A model generated the notes under the pieces. The model made no database searches. It saw nothing but the letters and a program-made list of their open reading frames with translations, and was not told where the DNA came from. Shown here piece after piece: positions 17,482-24,497 of a DNA stretch of 64,000 nt. Location: positions 12,217 through 76,216 of IMG/VR virus record IMGVR_UViG_3300025875_000011; one strand, given 5' to 3'. The translations under genes were made by a program, and so were the position numbers. The first letter of the stretch is position 1, and every line of letters starts with the position of its first letter. Origin of the DNA: a virus. Taxonomy: Duplodnaviria > Caudoviricetes.

Positions 17482-18531
17482 ATGGCCACCAAGGTCACCA
17501 GCGTGAAGAAGGCCCCCACCAAGGCCACCCCCGTCAAGGCCCCCGGGAAGACGAACCCGGCCCGCGAGTTGAAGGTCCTCAAGGCCTTCACCGTGAGCCA
17601 CGACCTCGAGTCGTCGGCGCTGATCACCGCGATCAGCCTCGCGTTCGACAAGCACGGGAAGGTCGCGGTCACGGCCCAGGGAGACAAGGCCCTGGACCGG
17701 AAGATGCAGCAGCGCGTCCAGTCGATCGGCTACCGGCGCGGGTACAACTTCAACCTGTCGACGGCCGTCACGGACACCCACGTCGTCGCGTGCCCGAAGA
17801 ACCCCGAGGTGGCCAAGAGCGAGGTCCAGGCCCCGGCCACCCCCCGCGCTCCGAAGGCCGCGGCCGAGAAGAAGACCCCGGCCCGGAAGATCGCGGACGA
17901 CATCGCCAAGAAGATCGTCGCGGACCCCAAGGCCCGGGCCGCGGTCGAGAAGGCCGCGAAGACGGTCAAGGGGTCGACGACGAGGAAGGCCACCGTGAAG
18001 CGTCGGACGCCGGCCCAGGACGCCTACGACCGGACGTTCGCCGCGAAGGACGCGGAGATCAAGGCCCAGGCCGAGGCCGACCAGAAGGCCCAGGAGTCCG
18101 CGATCGCCAAGCTCCGGGCCGACAAGGAGGCCGAGGCCGCGGAGAGCGGGACGACCCCGGCCGACCTGGAGGTCCCGGCCGACCTGGCCGCGAAGATGGC
18201 CGCGAACCTCGTGGCCGACCAGGAGCGGATCGCTCGGGAGGAGGCCGGCGCTCCGGCCGACATCGTGATCGGCGGGACCACGGTCCTCGCGGTGGTCGCC
18301 CCGGACCACGACGAGCAGGTCCGGGCCGGTGTCCTCGCGGTGGGGGAGGCCCTCGTGAAGAGCGACGTCGCGCCGACCGACGGCCTGCGGATCGGTGTGC
18401 GCGGGAAGGACCCGGTGATCGAGACGAACTACGGCCTCGCGCTGGGCCAGCCGTTCAAGGGTCGGGCAGTCGCGGACGACGTGCTCCGCGAGATCGACCG
18501 GCTCCGCGTGGAGGCCACCACCGAGGCCTGA
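17482..18531 (+). CDS. Lys/Ala-rich basic protein, paralogue of 11452-12081
   Basis: MATKVTSVKKAPTKATPVKAP...RKMQQRVQSIGYRRGYNFN; PAK/KAA repeats. Confidence 0.8.
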   Translation: MATKVTSVKKAPTKATPVKAPGKTNPARELKVLKAFTVSHDLESSALITAISLAFDKHGKVAVTAQGDKALDRKMQQRVQSIGYRRGYNFNLSTAVTDTHVVACPKNPEVAKSEVQAPATPRAPKAAAEKKTPARKIADDIAKKIVADPKARAAVEKAAKTVKGSTTRKATVKRRTPAQDAYDRTFAAKDAEIKAQAEADQKAQESAIAKLRADKEAEAAESGTTPADLEVPADLAAKMAANLVADQERIAREEAGAPADIVIGGTTVLAVVAPDHDEQVRAGVLAVGEALVKSDVAPTDGLRIGVRGKDPVIETNYGLALGQPFKGRAVADDVLREIDRLRVEATTEA

Positions 18532-18609
18532 GCGGTCAGGGTGGCGTCCGGGACCTTCCCCCCGGACGTCGCCTGGTCCGCTCAGACGTTGGACCCCGGT
18601 CTAGCCGTT

Positions 18610-18619
18610 CCGCTAGACT
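18610..18619 (+). promoter_or_regulatory. Putative promoter CCGCTAGACT
   Basis: TAGACT -10 followed by CAGACCACCACCACCGAAGG. Confidence 0.55.
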
Positions 18620-18656
18620 TGATCTGTCAGACCACCACCACCGAAGGGACCAGTCC

Positions 18657-19538
18657 ATGCCTCACACCCCCGGGGATCTCCTCCCCCTGTCTGCCCTCGT
18701 CGACGTCACGGAGGCCGAGGGGTTCTTCGTCGGCCTCGACTTCCAGGCCGAGAACGCTCAGTGGCGCGTCTACCACAACCCGTGCGCGACCGACCTGTCC
18801 AGCCTCGACTACGACAACGACCTCGGGTCGGTGTTCCGGGCCATGATCGCCCACAGCTGCCCCCCGCCGCTGTCCCAGATCGAGGCCCTGAACTGGGCCA
18901 TCTTCGCGGTCAACAACCACACCGACCCCGACGCCTCCGAGGAGGAGGACGTGGTCCGGATGGAAGACAAGGCCGAGGAGGTCCTCGCGGCCTTGACCCG
19001 TCTCCGCGACTACGTCGTGGCGTCCGGGGAGGACCTGCCCGACTGGGTCCTCACCGGCGACACCGCGAAGGACGACGACCCCGACGGGACGGTGGTCCAC
19101 GACGCCGTGAGGCCGCTGTCGGACTTCGCCATCCACATCGGCCTGATCCCCGAGGCCGGCCAGGACGGGCCCGCGTACCTGTGGAACCGCGCGCCCGGTG
19201 TGGCCGCGTTCAAGGTCGACGGCTCCCAGGAGGACCAGAACCTCCACAGCCTCCCCGGCGCGTACATCAACGGTGACTGGCTCCAGTGGGGTGAGTACGC
19301 CGAGAACGGGACGACGCACGTCGTCTACGACATCCCGGCCAACCCGTGGACCGACAACATGAGCGACCTGCTCGCTGGCCTGCTCTCCTGGGTCAAGGGC
19401 CGGATGGTCGGCCGTCTCAGCGACGTCGCCTACATCACCGAGAAGGACAGCCACGACACCACGGTCGGATCGGTCTACGTCGGCGGGACGGACCCGAACC
19501 TCGACGTGGTGAACCCGAAGGACTGGCGGACCCGCTGA
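18657..19538 (+). CDS. Hypothetical acidic protein (293 aa)
   Basis: MPHTPGDLLPLSALVDV...; RBS motif; strong GC3 bias. Confidence 0.78.
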   Translation: MPHTPGDLLPLSALVDVTEAEGFFVGLDFQAENAQWRVYHNPCATDLSSLDYDNDLGSVFRAMIAHSCPPPLSQIEALNWAIFAVNNHTDPDASEEEDVVRMEDKAEEVLAALTRLRDYVVASGEDLPDWVLTGDTAKDDDPDGTVVHDAVRPLSDFAIHIGLIPEAGQDGPAYLWNRAPGVAAFKVDGSQEDQNLHSLPGAYINGDWLQWGEYAENGTTHVVYDIPANPWTDNMSDLLAGLLSWVKGRMVGRLSDVAYITEKDSHDTTVGSVYVGGTDPNLDVVNPKDWRTR

Positions 19539-19715
19539 GGTAGCGAGGGAGGGGACCTCAGACCGGGGTCCCCTCCCTCGCTCCCTGGTCCGCTCCCTGA
19601 CGAACGGACCCCGGACCTAGTACCTAGTACCCCCGGGACCTCCGGGTCCCGCAGATCGCAACGTCGTCCCCCGCAGGAGGGGGACGATTCCACCACCACG
19701 GAAGGAACCACCACG

Positions 19716-20288
19716 ATGAGCACGAAAACGCGACGACGGGTCGCCAGCTTCACCACAAAGGCCCGAGCCCTCCTCGACGCAGCCGACTGGCCCGAGGGGG
19801 TCAAGGTCATCGTCGACAGCCAGACCGGCGGTGACGCCATCCACGTCTACCAGGAGGGCGGCGGTGGCCGGTGCTTCTGGTACCTCGACGCCCGGTACCT
19901 GGAGTCGGCCGACCCGGCCGAGGTCCGGGCCACCGCGATCCGTCGCCTCGAGTCTCAGGGCCGTGACCCGAAGTACAGCGAGAAGTCGCGGGCCGAGGAC
20001 CTCGCGCTGGCCGCGCTCTTGAAGGGCCCGGTCCAGCCGGTGTTCACGACGCGGGCGACCGTGACGAGCGGCGAGGTCGACGGGATCGTGGTCATGGTCA
20101 ACGGCCACGACCTCCTCGGCGTGTTCCCCAGCCTCGACGTCCCCGACTCCCCCTGGAGCCTCGGCTACTGGGACGCTTCCTCGGGAGAGTGGGTCGACGC
20201 CGACTACGACGGTGACTTCTGCGCCCAGCTGGTCAAGTACCTGGCGCTGGGTGAGGAGACGTTCACCGTGGGGGAGGGGCCGTCGTGA
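19716..20288 (+). CDS. Hypothetical protein
   Basis: ORF track; CCACCACCACGGAAGG upstream. Confidence 0.75.
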   Translation: MSTKTRRRVASFTTKARALLDAADWPEGVKVIVDSQTGGDAIHVYQEGGGGRCFWYLDARYLESADPAEVRATAIRRLESQGRDPKYSEKSRAEDLALAALLKGPVQPVFTTRATVTSGEVDGIVVMVNGHDLLGVFPSLDVPDSPWSLGYWDASSGEWVDADYDGDFCAQLVKYLALGEETFTVGEGPS

Positions 20289-20521
20289 CGAGCCTGCTGG
20301 ACCTCCGCCCGGTCTACTCGCTGGCCGAGCTCGCCGAGGAACTTCGCTGGCGGGTCGAGGAGGCCGAACAGGAGATCGTCCGGCTCACGTTCCCGGGTGA
20401 GACCCTGCCGGGGATGAGCAAGCGGCCGACGCGGGGTCAGGTGGCCCGCTACACCGCCGTGCTGGAGACGAAGATCGACGCGTGGCGAGACGTCCTCGCC
20501 GCGATGGGACAGGAGACGTGA
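20285..20521 (+). CDS. Hypothetical protein
   Basis: GTGA coupling. Confidence 0.7.
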   Translation: MTSLLDLRPVYSLAELAEELRWRVEEAEQEIVRLTFPGETLPGMSKRPTRGQVARYTAVLETKIDAWRDVLAAMGQET

Positions 20522-20817
20522 TGGAGCGGACCCGTGAACAGCGCCTGGAGTTCCTGGCCCTGAGTCCGGAGCAGGTGCGGGTGAGGGACCAGGAGAACCG
20601 GGAACAGCGAGAGGCTCAGCGGGTCCTCACGCTGGACCAGGACGGGGCCGTGTGTCAGCGTCCGGGGTGTTCCCACAAGCGGGTCAGCCACGGTTCGTTC
20701 GACCCGGCCGGCCAGTTCGTCGGGATCGGCCTGGGTCGGTGCGGCGCGGACGGTCCTGACCACGACACCTGTCCGTGCCGCGAGTTCAGGACCCTGGCTC
20801 CGGTACCCGTAGCCTGA
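20521..20817 (+). CDS. Hypothetical Zn-finger-like protein
   Basis: CQRPGCSHKRVSH...C...CPCREF; TGATG coupling. Confidence 0.7.
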   Translation: MERTREQRLEFLALSPEQVRVRDQENREQREAQRVLTLDQDGAVCQRPGCSHKRVSHGSFDPAGQFVGIGLGRCGADGPDHDTCPCREFRTLAPVPVA

Positions 20818-20870
20818 CGCGGGTCCGGAAGGGGGCCACCGATCCTTGGGGGAGCGGTGGCTCCTTCTGG

Positions 20871-21425
20871 CTATCCGGACGCAGCAGCGCGGAGTTTGGC
20901 CAGGGCCCGGTGGTGAGCGACCCGGACAGCGTTCTCCTTCATCCCGAGCCGCTCCCCCACCTCGCTGGCGCTCAGTCCGTGGGCTCGGAGCATCACGATC
21001 CGACCGGCCTGCTCGGGGAGCGCCGCGACGAGGACCAGCGCGGCGTCGAGATCTTGGCGGACTTCTAACAGCGCCTCCGGAGACGGATCGTGGCTCGTCT
21101 GGTCGGGCAGCTGGTCGACGACGTGGAACGGGGTCCGCGAGTAGGCCCGTTGCGCGTCCCGGACCTTGTTCGAGGCGATCGCGTAGACGAACGCGCCGAA
21201 CGGGGAGCCGCGGTCGTCCCAGTGGGGGAGCGCGGCTGCGACCGCGACGCACACCTCCTGGGTCACGTCCTCTGCCGCTTCTCCCCCGCCGGCGTACGTC
21301 GCCAGCCGGGTCCGGGCGTAGCGGTGGACGGCCCTCCTCACAGCGCCCAGCAGGTCGTCGAGGGCGGCGGTGTCTCCGTGTTGGGCGTCGTGGACGAGGG
21401 AGCCGTCGTCCATGCTGGCGGTCAT
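20871..21425 (-). CDS. ECF sigma-70 factor (actinobacterial SigD/ShbA-like)
   Basis: Region 2 AEDVTQEVCVAV...PFGAFVYAIASNKVRDAQR; region 4 IVMLR...GLSASEVGERLGMKENAVRVAHHRALAKLR. Confidence 0.92.
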   Translation of the reverse strand: MTASMDDGSLVHDAQHGDTAALDDLLGAVRRAVHRYARTRLATYAGGGEAAEDVTQEVCVAVAAALPHWDDRGSPFGAFVYAIASNKVRDAQRAYSRTPFHVVDQLPDQTSHDPSPEALLEVRQDLDAALVLVAALPEQAGRIVMLRAHGLSASEVGERLGMKENAVRVAHHRALAKLRAAASG

Positions 21426-21439
21426 AGGTCACCTCCGGG

Positions 21440-21796
21440 TCAGGACTGCGCGGCGACAGCCCCTCCGGGGGTGTCGTGGGCGGTCCACTTCATGTGGCAC
21501 GACTGGCACAGGCCGCGGCCGTACTGGGGGTCGTTCGGGTCGAGCCCATCAGCGACGAGCTGCCTCCTCGTCTTCGGGTAGTGGTCAGCGTGTCGAGCGC
21601 GTTGCCCGCACACACACCACGGGGTCCGCAGGAGGACCGGACCCCGAAACCTGGACTCATGGTCGGACCCGTACCCGCGCGCGTCTGCGGACCCCCTGAC
21701 GCGCTCCGCAGCAGACCGGTGTCGGGGACAGCGTCCCGCTATGGTCCCCACCTCCGTGCAGCCCGGTGTGGAGCACACCTTCCGCGACGTCGGCAT
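21440..21796 (-). CDS. HNH endonuclease (packaging-associated type)
   Basis: MPTSRKVCSTPGC...GRCPRH...RGY...CVCG...HADH...N...GLCQSCH; start trimmed to ATG 21796. Confidence 0.88.
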   Translation of the reverse strand: MPTSRKVCSTPGCTEVGTIAGRCPRHRSAAERVRGSADARGYGSDHESRFRGPVLLRTPWCVCGQRARHADHYPKTRRQLVADGLDPNDPQYGRGLCQSCHMKWTAHDTPGGAVAAQS

Positions 21797-22197
21797 CAGC
21801 GGCCGACCGGCCAGCCCATCATCCGGTACCAGGCCTCGGCCTGGTCGTTGAGGACCGCGCCGCATTCGCGGCACCACACGCGAGCGAGGTAGCGGCCGAG
21901 CGTCATGATCTCGTGGGACTCGTCGCGGATGCGGATGGTCTGGACCAGGAACGGCCACTTCGTGACGCCGCCGTGGGTGACGACCCACGACTGGACCCAC
22001 GCTCGCGCGCCGTCGCGGGTCGGCCCGTCTTCCCGGTCGGGGGCGTGGACTCCCTCGAGGCGGAGGGACACGTCCTGCTTGGCCCGGTCGTGACGGTCCA
22101 GCTGGAGCCACAGGGTGTCGCCGTCGGTGACCGGCTCGGTGAAGTCGCGGCGGTCGGGGAGCCTCGCTGGTGCGATGAACAGGAACGGCTCAACCAT
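21796..22197 (-). CDS. Thermonuclease (SNase-like)
   Basis: VTDGDTL, VSLRLEGVHAPD, TLGRYLARVW...VLND motifs. Confidence 0.8.
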   Translation of the reverse strand: MVEPFLFIAPARLPDRRDFTEPVTDGDTLWLQLDRHDRAKQDVSLRLEGVHAPDREDGPTRDGARAWVQSWVVTHGGVTKWPFLVQTIRIRDESHEIMTLGRYLARVWCRECGAVLNDQAEAWYRMMGWPVGR

Positions 22198-22306
22198 CAG
22201 ACCCTCGGAAGGTTCGGGGACAGCCACGCGGGGGGAGGTCCGGGGCGACCAACGTGGCTGTCCGGTGCCCAGTATCCACAGACCGGCCGGGGTGCGGCGG
22301 TGAGGT

Positions 22307-23311
22307 TCACGGTGTGTCCTCGTCGGGGACGCGGCGGTACTGGTCGCGTCTCATGGCCCACACGTCGCGGAGCCGGTAGTGCCACTGGTAGTTCGCGACG
22401 AGGACGCCGTCGCGCCAGCGGGGCCGGTTCAGCGACTCGCGGGGGAGACCGTCGCGGGCGATCAGGTTGTCGAAGGCGTGCTTCGACAGCGGCTCGCCGG
22501 CCACCATCAGCATCTTGGTGATCTCGGAGTACGTGTGCCACTCGTCTTGAGCGGCGAGGACCTGGGTCCGCTGGTGCTCGACCAGCTCGGCGCGGTACCC
22601 GCAGCGGCGGCACCGGACGTACTCCCCCGGCGACACGCGCTCCTGACGCAGCGGGACCCGGCACGGCTGGCCGTCTTCGGTCTTCCCCGGGCACGGCCCG
22701 TACTCGAACAGGGTCGGGGGCCGGTCGATCACCCGGTGGGCCCGTGATGCGGCCGCGGTGACGTCGGCCATCTTCACGACCACGTCGGGGTCGCGGACTA
22801 GGCGGGCCCAGTCGTCGAGCCAGAAGCGGGCCACGACGTGAGGGGTCCCTCCCAGCGCCTGGTGGAGAGCGACGAGCGCGGCCGACGCACCCTCGGACCA
22901 GTCGAGGGAGGCTTCGTCGGGGTCGGACTCCTTCGGCGCGCCCTGGTCGAGGAACTCGACCTGCTTGGTGAAGGCCACCTCGAGCTCGGCGACGAGGAGC
23001 GGCACGTCAGCGACGACGGCGCGGAACTCGCCCTCGCACACCGAGCAGATCCACCGGTCGTCGCTGTGGCCGTGGTCGCACACCAGGGTCCCGGCCGGGT
23101 CGATACGCCAGTCCGGGCTGAGCGGGTCCCTCGCCGTGTGGATCCGGCCGGGGTAGTCCATCGCCAGCGGAACAGTCGGTGGTGGTGGGGGTGGAGGTTC
23201 GGCCGGGTGAGACGCGGCGTAGTTGGCCGACGCTGGCCGGGGTGACGAGTCGCAGTGGAAGCACGTCGCCCGGGGGAGGTCGGTGATCGGACAGTACGAG
23301 AAGTCAGGCAC
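22307..23311 (-). CDS. Zn-finger plus C-terminal HTH-like DNA-binding protein (putative late regulator)
   Basis: CPG...CRVPL...VRCRRCG, then a helical tail ending ...WHYRLRDV; located upstream of HNH as in many actinophages; function inferred. Confidence 0.6.
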   Translation of the reverse strand: MPDFSYCPITDLPRATCFHCDSSPRPASANYAASHPAEPPPPPPPTVPLAMDYPGRIHTARDPLSPDWRIDPAGTLVCDHGHSDDRWICSVCEGEFRAVVADVPLLVAELEVAFTKQVEFLDQGAPKESDPDEASLDWSEGASAALVALHQALGGTPHVVARFWLDDWARLVRDPDVVVKMADVTAAASRAHRVIDRPPTLFEYGPCPGKTEDGQPCRVPLRQERVSPGEYVRCRRCGYRAELVEHQRTQVLAAQDEWHTYSEITKMLMVAGEPLSKHAFDNLIARDGLPRESLNRPRWRDGVLVANYQWHYRLRDVWAMRRDQYRRVPDEDTP

Positions 23312-23577
23312 CCGACACCGGACGCCCCTTTACGCTCGACACGCGGCGAGAGTAACCGGTGGGGCTGGAGTTGTCACAGGTCGAACGCATCCGTGGGCGA
23401 ACTTCACCCGAACGGGTGACCCAGGGCTGGTCGACGCTCCTACCGCTGAGGATTATCCCTGGCCCTGGGTCGTGACGCCGTCCGTCTCTCCGCCCATCCC
23501 CGGTGCGGCTCCGGATCTTGTGGACTAGCGACGGCCGGCGTCGGCCGACACCCTAACAGCGCCTCGGTCGGGGAACC

Positions 23578-23925
23578 TTAGCGGCGGCGAGGGAAGTCCG
23601 GGGTGACCGGACCGATCCCGCCGATGGTCGGGTACGACGGCCTCGGGGTGAGGGGCATGGAGAACCCGCACGGGGCCGACAGGTCGATCTCTTCGGGGTC
23701 GTCGAGGGTGGCCCGGTAGTCGCGGTTCCCGACACACACCGCCACCCACCCGCTCAACGCGACACCAACGCCGTAGGTCACGGGGCCCGGGCCGGGGACG
23801 ACGACCTCCACCTCGTACGGGTGGAGACGGCCGGCCTGGCACGCGGGACACAGCGGCTGGCCGGTGTCGTACCCGCCGTTCAGGGGACGCAGCGAGTCCA
23901 GCGGTACGGCTCTGGTCCCGTTCAC
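23578..23925 (-). CDS. Hypothetical Zn-finger protein
   Basis: LCPACQAGRL...WVAVC...PCGF. Confidence 0.65.
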   Translation of the reverse strand: MNGTRAVPLDSLRPLNGGYDTGQPLCPACQAGRLHPYEVEVVVPGPGPVTYGVGVALSGWVAVCVGNRDYRATLDDPEEIDLSAPCGFSMPLTPRPSYPTIGGIGPVTPDFPRRR

Positions 23926-24176
23926 TGTCCTGCCTCCCTCACCAGTCGCCGCACGTTGTCCGCTCCGATCCCCTGACCCTTCCAGTCCCCCGGTCCCCAC
24001 CCCAGGTGGGCGAGCTCGGCCTGGACCGCGCTCGCGGCCTTCGGAGCGGACCCCATGCGCTGAGCGAGCCGGATCATCGCGGGGTCTCGAACCGTCTCGA
24101 GTTCGGCTTGCGCCCGTAGGTACCGGTCCATCGCCTGCGCGGCGATCATCGCGTCCCTCTGGGCGTCGTCATCCAC
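23922..24176 (-). CDS. Hypothetical protein
   Basis: ORF track; GTGA coupling. Confidence 0.65.
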   Translation of the reverse strand: MDDDAQRDAMIAAQAMDRYLRAQAELETVRDPAMIRLAQRMGSAPKAASAVQAELAHLGWGPGDWKGQGIGADNVRRLVREAGQ

Positions 24177-24179
24177 GCC

Positions 24180-24497
24180 TCACAACCCTAGGGCGTTGAA
24201 CAGTCCGAAGCCCCCGGTGAGGATGAAGACGACGAGGAGCACGGCCAGCTCGGACACGATGAACATCTGGCCCCAGATGATCCACAGCGGCTTCTCGTCG
24301 AAACTCATCGGCCGGGGAGACACGGGGAGCCCGCTCGGGTCGTACACCTGGACCTGCCCGCCGACGACGGCCTGGGACTGGCCGTACTGGTTGATCATCC
24401 CGTCGGGCCGGTGGGCGTACTTCAACGTGACCCTGGTGGCCACCCACATCGCGGCCAGTGTTCCCAGGCCGAGGAGGACCTGATAGAGCGTGTTCAT
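24180..24497 (-). CDS. Two-TM membrane protein (spread-protein-like position)
   Basis: MNTLYQVLLGLGTLAAMWVAT...IIWGQMFIVSELAVLLVVFILTGGFGLFNALGL; ATGA-coupled to the hydrolase gene. Confidence 0.75.
   Translation of the reverse strand: MNTLYQVLLGLGTLAAMWVATRVTLKYAHRPDGMINQYGQSQAVVGGQVQVYDPSGLPVSPRPMSFDEKPLWIIWGQMFIVSELAVLLVVFILTGGFGLFNALGL

Noticed and set aside
21063-21071. bldA-type TTA regulation of the sigma gene
   Set aside because: The host is not shown to be Streptomyces, and the TTA is explained by overlap with the CTAACAGCGCCTC motif.
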